64,000 nt of DNA from Chiloscyllium plagiosum. Lineage: Eukaryota. The notes beneath the pieces were generated by a model that searched no databases, was not told where the DNA came from, and saw only the letters and a program-made list of their open reading frames with translations. Shown piece by piece: positions 26,903 through 41,228 of this stretch. The DNA lies in NCBI RefSeq assembly GCF_004010195.1, contig NC_057718.1, forward strand, positions 53,261,015-53,325,014. The letters are read 5' to 3'. The stretch's first letter is position 1; each line of letters begins with the position of its first letter. The position numbers and the translations under genes are program-made.

Positions 26903-27749
26903 CATAGAGTCATATAGCTCAGACACAGACCCTTCGGTCCAACCCGTCCATGTCGACCAGGTATCCCAAACTTAACGAGTCCCATTTGCCTGCATTTGGT
27001 CCATATCCCTCGAAGCCTTTCTAATTCATGTATAAACATTCAATACAAAGAGACCTTGGAGTGCATGTTCAGCGCTCCTTGAAAGTGGAGTCGCAGGTAG
27101 ATAGAATAATGAAGAAGGCGTTTAATATGCTTTCTTTTATTGGTCAAAGTATTGAGTAGAGGAATTGGGAGGTCATGTTGTGGCTGTACAGGACATTGGT
27201 TAGTCCACTGTTGGAGTATTGCGTGCAATTCTGGTCTCCTTCCTATGGGAAAGATGTTGTGAAACTTGAAAGGGTTCAGAAAAGATTTACAATGATATTG
27301 CCAGCGTTGGAGGATTTGAGCTATAGGGAGAGGCTGAACCGGCTGGGGCTGTTTTCACTGGAACGTCGGAGGCTGAGGGGTAACCTTATAGAGGTTTACA
27401 AAATTATGAGGGGCATGGATAGGATAAATAGGCAAAGTCTTTTCCCTGGGGTCGGGGAGTCCAGAGCTAAAGAGCATAGGTTTAGGGTGAGAGGGGAAAG
27501 ATCTAAAAGAGGCCTAAGGGGCAACCTTTTCACACAGAGGGTATGGATGAGCTGCCAGAGGAAGTGGTGGAGGCTGGTATAATTGCAACATTTAAGAGGT
27601 ATTTGGATGGGTATATGAATAGGAAGGGTTTGGAGGGATATGGGAGGGGTCCTGGCAGGTGGGACTAGATTGGGTTGGGATATCTGGTTGGCATGGATGG
27701 GTTGGACCCAAGGGTCTGTTTCCATGCTGTACATCTCTTTGACTCTGTG
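26903..27749. mobile_element. two CR1 3' ends head to head (26903-27039 minus, 27040-27749 plus)
   Basis: ATGACTCT-type tails at both outer ends; ORF 27175..27582. Confidence 0.85.
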
Positions 27750-28010
27750 ACCCTTCCAAGTAAACTGAAGAGTATTAAAAAGGAATAGTGGATGGCACTT
27801 GCAGAAAATAAACATTTGACTTTACATTGGTACTAGTGACAAAGGAAGCTTTTATGGGGTAATGAAATGTGTCTATCGAGCAGCATATCATGACTCAAAT
27901 GACACCCCCCTCCCTTCCCAAGGAGCATCAATAGGAAGATACTACACACCAATACACCAGAATCAATCTTGGATTGCTGGATGTAGCGTTTTGAAACATT
28001 CACCACAACT

Positions 28011-30199
28011 TTGGAGAGGGAAAGGAGCAGTTACCGAGGGAAGATATTTAATTGGGATAAAGGAAATTATGACGCTATCAGACAGGAGTTGGGAAGTACA
28101 GACTGGAAGCAATTGTTCCACAGAAAGGGCACAACAGACATGTGGACACTATTTAAGGAGCAGTTGTTGCGAGTGATGCACAAGATGGGGTAAGATTAAG
28201 GAGCCTCGGATGATGAGAACAGAGGAACTTCTCGTCAAAAGGAAGAAGGCAGCTTACATAAGGTGGAGGAAGCAAGGATCTAGCACAGCTTTCGAGGATT
28301 ACGGGCTTGCTAGAAAGGACTTCAGAAATAGACTGAGGAGAGCCAGGAGGAGGCACGAAAAGGCTTGGCAAGAAAGATTAGGGAGAACCCAAAGGTATTT
28401 TACTCATAGGTGAGCAATAAGAGAATGATCAGGGAGAAGGTAGGGCCGATCAGGGATAGCGAAGGGAACTTGTGCATAGAATCTGAGCAGATAGGGAAAG
28501 CTGTAAATGGGTTATTTGTTCAGTTTTCACCAAGGAAAGGGACCTCGTTGTGAATGAAAACTTTGAGGAGCTGGGATACAGTCTTGACCAGATCAAGATT
28601 GATAAAGTTGATGTGCTGGAAATTTTGGCAAACATTAAGATTGATAAATCCCCAGGACCAGACCAGATTTATCCTAGGCTGCTCCGGGAAGTGAGAAAGC
28701 TAAGCTGCTGGCGAGGATATTTGCCTCCTCACTCTCCACGGGAATCGTACCAGAGGATTGGAAGGAGGCGAATGTTGTTCCTCTTTTCAAGAAGGGTAAT
28801 AGAGAAATCCCTGGCAATTACAGACCAGTCAGTCTTACGTCTGTGGTCAGCAAAAGTTTTGGAAAGAATTCTAAGGGATAGAATTTATGACTATTTGGAA
28901 AAGCATAGTGTGATTAAAGGTAGTCAGCATGGCTTTGAGAGGGGCAGGTCATGCCTCATAAATCTTATTGAGTTCTTTGAGGAGGTGAAAAGACAGGTCA
29001 ACAAAGGTCAAGCAGTGGATGTGGTGTATATGGACTTCAGCAAAGCATTTGATAAGGTTCCCCATGGTAGGCTCATTCCAGGAAGTATGGGATATAGGGA
29101 GATTTGGCTGTCTGGATTCAGAATTGGCTGGCTGACAGAAGGCTGACAGTGGTTGTAGATGGAAAGTATTCTGCCTGGAGGTCAGTGTTGAGTGATGTCC
29201 GCAGTGCTCTGTTCTTGGGCTTCTGCTCTTTGTAGTTTTTTTAAATGACTTGGATGAGGAGGTTGAGGGGTGGATTAGTAAATTTGCAGATGACTCAAAG
29301 ATTTGGAGATGTCGTCGATAGTATTGAGGACTAATGCAGGCTGCAGCGCAACATAGATAGGATGCAGAGCTGGGCTGAGAAATGGCAGATGGAGTTCAAC
29401 TTGGATAAATGCAAAGTGATGCATTTTGGAAGATTGAACTCAAATGCTGAATATAGGATGAAAGACATGATTCTTGGCAGTGTGGGGGAACAGAGGGATC
29501 TGGGTGTACAAGTATATAGATCTCTCAAAGTTGCCACCCAAGTGGATAGGGTTGTTAAGAAAGCATATGGTGTTTTGGCTTTCATTAACAGGGGGATTGA
29601 GTTTAAGAGCCGCGAAGCTTTGCTACACCTCTACAAGTCCCTGGTGAGACCACACTTGGAATATTGTGTCCAGTTCTGGTCGCCCTATTATAGGAAAGAT
29701 ACAGAGGATTTGGAGATGGTGCAAAGAAGTTTTACCAGGATGTTTCCTGGACTGGAGGGCTTGCCTTATGAAGAAAGGTTGAATAAGCTTGGACTTTTCT
29801 CTCTGGAGAGAAGGAGGAAGGGAGGAGACCTGATCAAGGTATACAAGATAATAGAAATAAATAGAGTCAATAGCCAGAGATTTTTCCCCAGGGCAGGATT
29901 GACTGGTGTGAGGAGTCATAGTTTGAAGATATTAGGAGGAGGGTATAAAGGAGACATCAGAGGTAGGTTCTTTACACACAAAGTTGTGAATGCATGGAGT
30001 GCGTTGCCAGCTGAGGTGGTGGAAGCAGAGTGATTGGGGACATTTAACCGACTGTTGGACATGCACATAGATAGCAGTGAGTTGAGGGGTGTGTAGGTTA
30101 AGTTATTATATTTTACATTAGGATTAAATCTAGGCACAACACCGTGGGCCAAAGGGCCTGTTCTGTGCTATACGTTTCTATGTTCTATGTTCTACGTTC
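28011..30199 (+). mobile_element. 5'-truncated CR1 LINE
   Basis: KSPGPDQIYPRLL, DVVYMDFSKAFDKVPH, LVRPHLEYCVQFWSP; (GTTCTAT)n tail. Confidence 0.95.
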
Positions 30200-30249
30200 T
30201 TCAGCACCAAGTATGCAGTGCCTTGATACTGCCACCAAAAACATCCAAA

Positions 30250-30650
30250 AATACCCAGCAAAGAAGAGTCAGATGAGAGCTCAATTTGAGAGGAAACCAT
30301 CATCCAGATGAGCAGTTACAAATTCCCTACAGTTGATAAAATTCCACCCAATGCGTTAAAGCAGGGTGACCCTGCCCTACATACTAAGAGGCTTGGAAGC
30401 CTGACAGGATCCCATAGGAATTTTGTGATGTTGCTATTGCCAACATGTACCAAAACAAAAAAGAAGCCAGGTTGCTGTATTTACTGGATTACCTTGCTTT
30501 CTCTTGCTCGGTAGATCCTGGCTAGGACATCTCGAAACAGGCTTGTGTAAACTGTTGTGAAAGAAAACTTCCCAGAGAGCCAGCATCATCTCAGAACAAA
30601 CAGAGGCACCTCAGGCATGGTATGTGTACTCAAGAAAAGTATCCTGAGCA
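30250..30650 (+). mobile_element. RTE-clade LINE RT fragment
   Basis: DKIPPNALKQG, ITLLSLA..ILAR..NRL, ENFPESQ..RTNRGT.GMV. Confidence 0.6.
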
Positions 30651-30799
30651 AAATGAAAGCATCCTTATCACTTTTCTCGACCATACCAAGTCCTACAAAA
30701 CAAAAAAATCACAAAAAAATCAAATATTCTGGAACTGCAGAGTGCCTTAAAAAGTTTAAAGTTCAAAATTAAAGGGTGTGTGAAGATGGTTAAGTTAAG

Positions 30800-33700
30800 A
30801 AAGAGTTGAAGAACTGTAACTCGCTAAAAAAGACCAAACTAACAGCCCAGTTTTTCATAATCACTCAGCACAATTGAGTTACAAAGTAACTGTCTAAAAA
30901 AACACCCACTCTCACTGTTTCTCCAATTACCATTGAGGCTTATGTAGTGAAAATGCCTGATATTGAGTTTGATCTTTCCAGCAATTCTGTAGACAAGGCT
31001 ATCATAAAAGGTCCTCCTATAAATCCAGGCCCAGAAGTTTATTCTGTTATTAATGATGGCCCACTCCTTCTTTCTGATGAAGCTCCTCATGCTGAAGTAA
31101 GTGTGGAACTCTTTCCAATACCTACAGGAAAGAAAGATTTTTATCCTGGGTTTACTAGAGAAGTCCTCATTTCCTCACCTTTTCAAAAGTGTCCTCAGGG
31201 TATTATTCATTCTTCCCTTTGTTGACCAGATCCACCCCTGAATCAAAGTCCAAAGCATAAAGACACTGCTTCAGGCTAATACTGCTACTGCCATAGATCT
31301 GTACCTCTCCTTCATATATCTGGACTGTGGGTATCCACACATACTCATGTAAAGCATGCTGGCTCTTGATTTAAAACTGCTGATTAAGGCTTTTCCACCC
31401 CTTCAGCATTCTTTCATTTAAAAGTATACATTAAAGATTACTGAACATAACTCTCTCCTGTAATGGTTAAGATCTCCCTTTCTCATTTGATGTCTGCTTT
31501 CAAGCTGCTGTGCAGAATTCAGAGTAACATTATCAATGATTTCAGTTCTGACATATGGTATCTGGGGTGTCCCACATCCTGTGATAGTCATACTCTGTCT
31601 CACCTTTTGGCTAAATTAAGATCAATCTATTTCTTCTGAATGTTCCTTCAGGAGCTCTGATTGGGTAGGATCATAGTCAATATATTCTTCTAATGACTGA
31701 TTCTCTATCTCTTAACCAAATGTTTCAGCTGATTTTAAAGTTGACAGTGCTTTTGATCTGTGTCTGCTGTTTCTTTTTAACTGTCATGTTTCTCCATTCA
31801 TTTTATCCCTTGTTGCTTGCTTGACATCTGCCGCTTAAGTGAACTTTCTGAATTCCTTCTTTACAAATCGAAACCCACTGTCCAACATTAGTACCTCAAG
31901 GCAACTGAATATTGCAAAGTGTGATCTCAGTTCCCTCATCACTGAGTCCAACATAGTTCAATGAAGTCTTGGTACTTTAATCCATCTTGACTGACCAGGA
32001 CTAAGTCCAAGAGTAAATTCTTTTGATGTCAAACAAACTGATTGCTAGCCTTTCCTAAGATTTTTCTGGAAATTTTGAGAAAATTGATGACTCTGTTCTC
32101 ATTTGTTTATGATGGAATGTTCTGCTACTTTGGAAATGTTTGGTCACCATACTGGTTGAGTTCTTGGTCTGCATTTTGTGATGCCTAAACATTCACATAA
32201 AATCTTTATGGAATGTCCTATCCCATTGACCCCAGTGAACCTTTCTATGGTGATCCATCAATATAACAAGTCTTTCACAACTAGAAGGTGTTGTTTTTGG
32301 TCATGGTATCTTTTCAATATATCATCTGCTGGATCGTATTTCAACCTCCCATGCAGACAATTTGTCTAACTTTGCTTTCTGAGCTCTTTGAATTTCTCTT
32401 AGTTTTTCCTCAGTTAATGATAGAATATTGATAACTGCAGGAGAAAATGATTACATTTCTTTGATAGAAATTAAATCTTCTGTGTCTGCTAAACCTATTG
32501 CCAATCTTGAGAGTTTATTAGGTGTTTGTTTTGCCTTTCCTAAAACATAAACTATTACATACTGTACCTCATCAATCTAAGCTTGAATGTTTGTATTTGC
32601 AGTGGCATTTCTGCATTATCTTTTGATTTTAATGACATTACTCATGCGTTATGGTCCATCTCAATCTGAAATCTCAATCCCATAAAATTGTCTACAAGGT
32701 TTTGACAACCTCGTGTAATTGCTAATATTCCTTTTCTAACATTGTTCCCCTCTGTTCAACTTCATCAAATCTTTCAACATGAACTATACGGGGTTTTCTC
32801 ATTTCATCAGTTTTCAACTAGATAATGAATGCTCATAGTCCTGTGGATGATGGCGTTCATGGCTAGTTTAATGATAAACCTGGATTACAGTGAGCTGGAA
32901 CATCTGTGAAGAGTAATTTCTCCTTAATGTTCTGAAAAGCTGTTGTCTGTTTCTGAATCTAATACCATGCAGGCATTTTTCAGAATCTTTCCTAAAGCTT
33001 GAGTGAAACCAGCTAAATTAAAAATGCCCTTTTATATAACAGTGCTTTAGAAGTTCTGTATATCATTTATGCACCTCAATGCTAGAAATTCACTTACGGC
33101 CCTTGTCATCCTCACATCCACAGTGATGCCGTGTTCTTGGATTATATGTCCATTCCAGAAGTTGATTTCTCATTAGTTTAGGGCCTGCATGTAGTGCCCT
33201 TAATACTTCCCTGACCTTCTAAACATCTTTTGTGTTTGTCCATGGACTAGGAAATCATTCATGTGGCAAATGGCGCTTTGATTTCCTTCCAAACTTCTTG
33301 TCATCACTCTGAAAAAATTTCTGGTGCAGAAGAGATTCCAAATGGCGGATTGTTAAAGCAACACTGTTCAAATGGAGCAATGAATGTGATCAGCAATCTT
33401 TACTTATTGTCTCAGGACATCTACCAAAATCTGATGTTTGTGGCTAATTTAATAAAGAATTTCATGCTTACTAATTCAGTCAACTGGTGAAATATTATGG
33501 ATCTACTTTCTTTGTTGAATGAATGAAATTCACCAAAAATCAAAGTTCACCATTTGGTTTGAGAATAGTTACTAGACATGAGCACCATTTTGTCACTGTT
33601 ATCCCATTTTCTCTCCTCCGAACTGAAATTTCATGTTTTCAACAAAAGGATGAGGAATTGTCCTTAAAGTGTAAGGGTAGATGGGTAAAGCATATTCATG

Positions 33701-35290
33701 CAGAGTAATATATATATGCCTGCTTGACATTGTTCAAGCCTCTGAGTAACTTTGGAAACTTGTGCCAAAATTTTCTTTCATTTTCATTCTGACATAAAGT
33801 ATCCAGTCTCTGGAAGAAACCTAGCTGAATATCGACAACTCTATTAACACTGAAGTGTTCTGATTCTTTAGTATGTCGAGTGTGTTTGGACTTCTCTTGC
33901 CTTATGACTGAGTCTTGTGATGATTTGACCATGACCTTAAGTTTTCTGTCCCCTGGTTTTGGAGTTTAATGTTTGCTGATTGAACTTTCACAAGCTTTAA
34001 GCTTATCAATCTATCAGCCAGTTTTGAAATAGCCTCTCCTGTGCCCTATGTCCTGGTCTGTATGTGAGTAGGGTATTGGATCTCCTGTTTCAACATTGTC
34101 AACCATAGATTAAAGAAACTTTGACAATATTCCATCCCTTACACCAACTGCAATGTGATCTCTAATTGAAATGTTATTTTAAGCTCCTTATCTTTAATAT
34201 CATACCAATCAATATAAATCTGCTTTAAAAAGCCACAATTGATTTTCCCTGTTGCTAAGATTATTGATTGATTATTGCTCTTTCTATGACTAATTGTTTG
34301 GAGAGGCAAAGACATGTTGAAGACTTCAATTAACTCTTCATAATCCATTTTATTTCCTTTCACATTTTACCTTACCAGAACATGATCTGTTTTTGGACAT
34401 GTAGAATTCAAAAGCATGCTGGCTTGATGTTACTGCTTCTTTGTTTGTAAGTCTTATGAAATTCCATAGCATTGAAGTTGCTGTTATTTCTTTCTTTATT
34501 CTGAGACTTTTTTTTAGTGGCTGTGGTAATGGGAAAGCCTCTAAGAGAACTGCTATCTCAATCAAATATTGCATCTCACTGGCCTGGGTGAATCTTGGAT
34601 TTTTTCTTCCTTTTAATTGAAGAGTTTGGTTTCATTGTTTTTGTTCTCCACAGTCTTCCCAATGAGAGTTGTTGGTGTTGCGGTCTTCTCAGCTGATTTC
34701 CCAGCCTCTGGAGAATTCTTGCTCTGCCGCTCAGTGTTCAAAGTTGTCCGACGGTCTTTTCTGGCCTTTATACCCTTCCTCATTTTCTGCTGTGTCTTCA
34801 AATCCTGGCTCTTCAGGTTTCTCTCACTGCCACCATGCTTTATTTAAAGCTTCAGGCTAATATAGCTACTCGATACATAACTGCTTCTTCTTAGCATCTC
34901 TGGACTGAGGGTGTCAACCTCTTTGAGATTTCTGGCTCCTTACTGTGAAGTAAAGTTCTTCCACTCCATCAGTACTTTAATATTCTTATATTTACAACTA
35001 CACATTGCAGATTACTAAATATATCTATCTAATGTAGAGGCCAAGATGTCTTTCTTTCATGTTACTTTCTCGGCTGATGTCTGCTTCCAATCTGCTCTAT
35101 TTTTGTTAGAGTAACAAAGTCATTAGTTGTATCATCATTATTTGCATAGTCCATTCTTCAACAGACAGGAGAGGGAGAATTTCACTTCATTGTTTTCCTT
35201 TTCAAGGAACTGTGATTATTTGAGTTAGGCGGTGTTCTCTCTTAAAACTATTTTTCCTTGATTGATCTTCACTGTTCATACAGTTAGGTC
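30800..35290 (-). mobile_element. decayed Gypsy element (gag ~34400-34000, RT ~33520-33100, RNase H ~32860-32560, integrase ~32200-31400)
   Basis: IRDHIAVGVRD; ITFIAPFEQCCFNNPPFGISSAPEIF; ICHMNDFLVHG; FQIEMDH; LGITKCR; boundaries approximate. Confidence 0.8.
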
Positions 35291-35344
35291 TTTATCATGT
35301 CATACCCGAGGAACCAGCTGTTGTCAGAAGCGGGCATACTACTC

Positions 35345-35679
35345 TGGCCGCACGGTGACTCAGTGGTCAGCACGGTGACTCAGTGGTTAGCATTGCTGCC
35401 TCACAGCGCCAGGGACCCGGGTTTAATTCCCGCCTCGGGCAACTGTCTGTGGGGAGTTTGCACATTCTCCCTGTGTCTGCATGGGTTTCCTCCGAGTGCT
35501 CCGGTTTCCTCCCACAATCCAAAGATGTGCAGGTCAGGTGAATTGGCCTTGCTAAATTGCCTATAGTGTTAGGTGGATTAGTCAGGGTAAATATAGGGGG
35601 GTGGGTTTCTCTTTGGAGGGTCGGTGTGGACTTGTTGGGCTGAAGGGCCTGTTTCCACACTGTCAGTAATCTAATCTAT
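35345..35679 (+). mobile_element. V-SINE with a duplicated 18-bp head segment
   Basis: gcacggtgactcagtggt occurs twice. Confidence 0.9.
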
Positions 35680-35690
35680 CAATGTGCTCA

Positions 35691-37100
35691 CCTAATTGGA
35701 AATTATGAGGGAGCACCTATGTCCTCCATCTTCTCCAGCAGGATTGAGAAAATGTTTAGAGATTTATGCTTCAGTTAGAATTAGAATTGCAATTACAATC
35801 CCTACAGAATTAGAGTCCCTATGGTGTAGAAACATGCCCTTCGGCCCAACAAGTCCAAACTGACCCTCCAAAGAATAACCCACCCAGACCCATTCCTTTA
35901 CCCTATAATAGCTCCTGACTAATGCACCTAATTGGAAAAGATATGGAAGGATGAAGGGAGAAATAAATATTGGATGAAAACTTTAAACAGTTTATGAGGT
36001 TAGCGATTGTGGGAAAAGCAAACTTGGCAGAGATGTGGATTAAGGGGTTAATTTTACTTGTAAGTATAACCACTGAGCATGTGAGTAAAAAGCTAAGTCA
36101 TAATAACATCCAATCATATGTAACTAGGGCCTAAGTGTTAAGGTTTCCAAGATATACTTTGATTATAGTTATTTTTAATAAAGCACATTAATGGCTCATT
36201 AATTAGAATGCTGACCAATTTTATCAGATTTAGCAGATCCAATAAAACTTTTTTTTTGTTAATATAAGAGTAGTGGCCAATCAGGAATCAGTACTTTTAA
36301 TGGACGTTTTGCAACTTTCAACCAAGTTACAGTACATTAGCAAGAATGGTTTCAAATACATTTTAGCACCATGCGGTCATCTGCAACAAATAGTGCTGCA
36401 GAAGGAAATATTTCAATGTGAAGCACTCTTTGTCAGAGTATTTGTGATGTGTCAAGCTAGACAGTTATTTCTAGGTTTTCCTTTGATGCAAGATAGACAA
36501 TTTTCTGTTTATTCACAGAATAACCCAACATTCACCTTATGAATTACTGCTTGAGCATACTCTTCTGATTAAGTTTAGTTTGTTTAAGGGTGATGCTATT
36601 AACAGTGTAAGAGAAAAACAAGGCAATGTGAAGAGCAGTCATGGCACAAGAGGCAGGAAACTTAGTTTAGTGCTGGCCAGAATGTCAAGGAGAACTACAT
36701 GATTGGTGCAGTTGAAAAGAGGCTAATTACATTAGTGAAGGCAATTACTGAAGATTGCAGTGACATTCTGTCAATGTCACGTAGATTGTTTACTTGAAAG
36801 GGGAAATTTGACAAAAGGCGAATGTGGTAAACCTCTTATAGTCCAATTCCTTTTACAGTTCAAAGTGAATGCCACAAATAAAATTGAAAGTTTGCCAATA
36901 TCTCAGAATTTCTCAGGAGAACAAAAGGACCAAGGGTCTTTGAATAAGACTAATCAATAAATGTCACAGTTCCAAATATTAAGTGAAGTTGATAATCAAA
37001 GTGAAAGTTCAGATTTGACATAATCATAGATGTTCAGAGAGCAGAATCAAGTTAATGGAAATGAAAGGGGAAATCCAGACAGACAGAGGAAGACAAATTA
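35691..37100 (-). pseudogene. probable pseudo-exons (~37100-36730, ~36548-36216, ~36056-35691)
   Basis: near-open frames (LVLFKDPWSFCSPEKF*DIGKLSILFVAFTLNCKRNWTIRGLPHSPFVKFPL); donor ag|gtgagc at 35690; last exon interrupted by an insertion flanked by a 14-bp duplication. Confidence 0.4.
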
Positions 37101-37359
37101 ATTAAAAATATGTAAGAAGCAAGAAAAAAGTTGTTTTGTTCACTATTTCTTTCAAGTGATGAGATTTTTGCTAAACACACTCTGGTTTTAAAGGTTCTTT
37201 TTTTCTAATACATGGATAGTAGCAATCGGATAATGTTAATCATATGTATAGTTACAATTACAGAGAAAACAAATATATGACTCAATCTATTGCATTTCAA
37301 GTATTTTTGATGCTTGTTTAGTCATTTTGTAGTTTGGGAAATTATTAACTTTGTTTTAA

Positions 37360-37715
37360 ATTCTTTCATGGGATGTGACTGTCCAGGCAAGGCTGACATT
37401 TTGTCTCCATCTCTAATTGCCCTGGGTCTGAATGGCTTGCTAGACCATATCAAGGAGGAGTTAAGAGTGAACGATATGAGTCGGAGACAAAACAGGGTAA
37501 GCCAGACCAGGTAAAGTTGACAGTTTTCCTTCTCTGAAGGATATGACTGAACTTAATGATTGTTTCATGCTCAACATCACTGGGACTAATTTTACATTAT
37601 AGATTTGGTCTTTGAATTTAATTTCTACCAGCTGCTGTGGTGAAGTTTGAACCCATACCTCCAGAGTATTAAGCGTGGGCTTCTGAATAAGCAATATTAG
37701 CAAGTCATCACCATA
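37360..37715 (-). mobile_element. Deu-type SINE (SacSINE1-like), decayed
   Basis: tRNA-like head and a LINE-derived tail shared with 59780-59910. Confidence 0.5.
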
Positions 37716-37739
37716 TCCATGAATCCCTCACATCCCTCA

Positions 37740-38055
37740 TAACATGGAATGCCTACAGTGCAGAAAGAGGCTATTTGGCCTACTGAGTTTGCACCAACCA
37801 CCCAAACAGCATTCCAACTAAACTCAGCCCCATTCTCCATCCATGGAACACAGCTAGCCTGCACATCCCTGAACACTACGGACAATTTAGTGTGGCCACT
37901 CCACCTAACCTGCAGATCTTTGGACTGTGCAAGGAAACTGAAGCACACAGAAGAAACCCATGGAGAAGTGGGGAGACTGTGTAAACTCCACACCTGAGAC
38001 TGGAAGTGAACCTGTGTGAAGCAGCAGTGCTAACCACTGAGTCCCTGTGTCACCC
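37740..38055 (-). mobile_element. V-SINE variant
   Basis: V domain on the reverse strand. Confidence 0.8.
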
Positions 38056-38366
38056 TGTGGACATCCTGGGGATTAAAATTGACCAAAAATTGAATAAGAT
38101 TAGCCATATTAATATTGTGACTACAATAACAGTTTAAAGGCTAGGAGTAACCTACCTTCTGTCTCCCCAAAGCCTGTCTACCACTGACAAGGGAACAATC
38201 AAGAAAATGATAGAGTGCTTTCTGCTTGCCTGACTGACAGCAGCTTCAAAACTTCCAACCTTTTCCACCTGGATCAGCAAGGGATGTAAGTGCATAGGAA
38301 CACTGCCATCTCCAAGTTATCTCCAAACCATCAATCATTTTATAGATTCATTTTTATTTAATCAGC

Positions 38367-39070
38367 ATAGAATCATAGAATTTTATCATACAGAAAGAGG
38401 CCATTTGACCCATTATGTCTGTACTGGCTCCTGAAAGAGCTACCCAAATGATCCCACTCTCCTGTCCTATCTCTGTAGCCCTCTAACTTGATTTTTTAAT
38501 ACATAGCCAGCTCTGTTTTGGAACATCCTATGGAATCCATCTCCACTATTCTCCCAGGCAGTGCATTCCAAATCCTAATAACTCTCTGAGTAAAGAAGTT
38601 TCTCTTCATTTCATTCTAGCTCTTTTGCTGACAATTTTGAAATTGTGACCCCTAGTTACTAATAGTTGAACTAGTGGAAACAGAATATCCTTCTTTACCC
38701 TGTTAAATTTGCTCATAAGTTTTACCACCTCAATAAGGTCACCTCTTAATCTTTTCTGCTCCAGGAAGAATAAGACCAATCTCTAATCTTTCCTTGTATC
38801 TAAATTTTTTTGTTCCTGGTATCATTCCAGTAAATCTCTTTTGAACTTTCTCCAGGGCTTTAACGTCCTTCCTTAAATAATGTGTCCAGAATTGAACACA
38901 ATATTCCAAATGAGTTCTGATGAATGACTTGTAGAGATTTAACATCACTTCCTTGCTTTTTCACGCTATCCCCTTCTTTATAAACCCACTTGTTTCAACT
39001 TGCCTGGCCAGATTCAGAGAATTATGCATGGGAACCCCAAGATTCCTCTACTCCTTTACTCTCCTGAAAA
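38367..39070 (-). mobile_element. CR1 3' fragment
   Basis: ORF 38739..38948, LEYCVQFW. Confidence 0.9.
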
Positions 39071-39539
39071 AAGCATGGAGTGTAGTATTAGAAGAGCTAA
39101 ACATTTTGTAATACTGCTCTCTGTCTGTTAGTGATTTTAATAAAAACTGCTCAATGAACTCAAATGCTGAAACGTCTCTTCGTGCAATTCATAGCAAGCA
39201 TTGTTTTTAGCATGCACAATGCATAAGATCATAACTTTTTAAATCAAGAGCAGTGCCTTCATACTCTTGTCACCTCAGTAGTATTAAGCCCACACCACAC
39301 ACCAGTGTCTCCTTTCTCACACACATGAATTGGTTGGTAAGTGGACTCTGATTGGTAGTGATATTGCCATGGGGAATGCAACAGTTTATGATGCTTGGCA
39401 GTTAATTGTCAAGTTTTATTTAAATTTTAAGCAAGGCAGTTTGATCCTGATCGATCAATTGGTGACCAGGAGAAATGAACCAAAATGGTTACCACGAGAA
39501 ATGAACCAAAAAATGATTTTCATCTATTTTGTTACATGA

Positions 39540-40321
39540 CCCTGAGTAATCATATGTATAGTTCCAGTCCAAATAAATGCACTGTACCACAAACCCAACT
39601 GACAATCCTCCATTGGTTGTCAGCATAATTCTTCACAAACTCAGAATTATGTGCTATATGGTATCTAATGCAAAATAACATTTAATGTTAGACACTGTGT
39701 TCTGACCGTTTGTAAATATGGATTGTTTGATTACTGTCAGTACCGTGCCAAAGTGATGTGTTGTTTGATATGATCTGCCAGTCTTTGGGATATAGCAACA
39801 TTTATCAACATCCTCCTCTTAAAAAATATAATGGTGTTTTCCCTCTATGTTGCTATTTCTTTCAAATTTTCCTGATCGATGCAAGATAAAAGAATTTGAC
39901 AAAATATCATTTTTTTAGCAATCTGTATGACCAAAGGTCTAATTGAGGTAATAATTATATAAACATCAAAAGGTATTACACCAATAGCTGCATAGTTTGC
40001 AATCGTGACTCGTCTGGAAGCAGCTCCTAGCTGTTAGTGAAGTAATAGGGGACAAAGGAAGGAAACTGCTCAGCTGCCATGATAATTATATCCTCTTCAG
40101 ATTGGTTATGAAATACAGTTAAGAATGTTATCGTTGAAGTATTTTTCTGCTGAATTCTATTGCCTTCAAGCAGTCAGCAAGTCTGGAAAGCAGCATGTGC
40201 TAGCATGTCAGTACTAAAATACTTTTGTGTTTAATTGCTCATGGTGTGCCATCTGCTCTTTTCACTGGTGTAGAGAGCAAAGGAGGGAAGGAACAACATG
40301 ACAAACAGTATAAAACTGTCC
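39540..40321 (-). pseudogene. two pseudo-exons (~40321-39982 and 39664-~39540)
   Basis: acceptors gagattgcag| and tgttattttgcattag|; near-open peptides LEGNRIQQKNTSTITFLTVFHNQSEEDIIIMAAEQFPSFVPYYF and YHIAHNSEFVKNYADNQWRIVSWVCGTVHLFGLELYI. Confidence 0.5.
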
Positions 40322-40899
40322 TGCAATCTCACTTAATACACAATTTTCATAGAGCCTGAGGCCCACTTGAGTAGATAATAATGTAATATATTTCTTTGTG
40401 ACAATTCATGGGGTGTGGGTGTCATCATTTCGGCATTGCCCGTTCCTAATCCGCTGAGAAAAGGTCACTGATGAGCTGCCTTCTTGAATCATTGCATTCA
40501 TCAGTTCACAAAAAAGCCTGACAATGAGTATCTCCACAAGAAAGAATCTAAGCTTTATCTCTTGGCATTTAATGGCAGTTGCAAGGTTTGTGAAGGTTTG
40601 GAGCTCAGGTTGAGGTTTAGGGTGTAGGTTTGGTCGCTGAGCTGTAGGTTTGATATCTAGACGTTTCATTACCTGGCTAGGTAACATCATCAGTGGCGAC
40701 CTCCAAGTACCATCACTGAATCCTCCACTGTGGCTTAATATTGATCAGTAGCTGAGTTGGAATAGCCATATAAATGTTATGGCTGGAAGAACAAGTCATT
40801 AGCTAGGAATTCTATGACAAGTAATTCACCTCCTATCTCCACAATCCCTGACTTAAACTACAACGCACAAATCAAGATTACAATGGAGTTCTGTGTTTC

Positions 40900-41228
40900 A
40901 ATAGTGGTTTGCACTGCTGCTCACAGCACCAGAGAGCCAGGTTCGATTCCACCCTTGGGCAACTGGCTGTATGGAGTTTGGACATTCTGCTCGTGTCTGC
41001 ACAAGTTTTCTCCTGGAGTTCCGGTTTCCTTCACAGTGCAGATGAGGTGGATTGGCCATGCCAAATTGCCCTTAGTATTCAGGGAGGTGCTGGTTGGGTG
41101 CAGTAGCCATGGTAAATGCAGGATTGCAGAGATGGGGTCGGTGAATGTGGGTGGGATGCTCTTCAGAGGATTGGTGTGGACTTGATAGGCCAAATGGCCT
41201 ACTTCCACACTGTTGGGATTCTATGATT
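40900..41228 (+). mobile_element. V-SINE variant
   Basis: tRNA-like head, V domain, GATTCTAT tail. Confidence 0.8.

Larger units (their letters stand above)
26590..30245 (-). pseudogene. large pseudo-exon split by two CR1 insertions (pieces 30245-30200, 28010-27750, 26902-~26590)
   Basis: joined pieces read DVFGGSIKALHTWC*SCGECFKTLHPAIQD*FWCIGV*YLPIDAPWEGRGVSFES*...CHPLFLFNTLQFTWKG / DFLSWLGYWNLLRL*CRARSLP*RWFLQVRGNVLSLSSWSKLHFTLSLRQVFTEG. Confidence 0.45.

Noticed and set aside
30947..31225. 92-aa plus-strand ORF
   Set aside because: It lies antisense to the 3' part of the decayed Gypsy pol and has no independent support.
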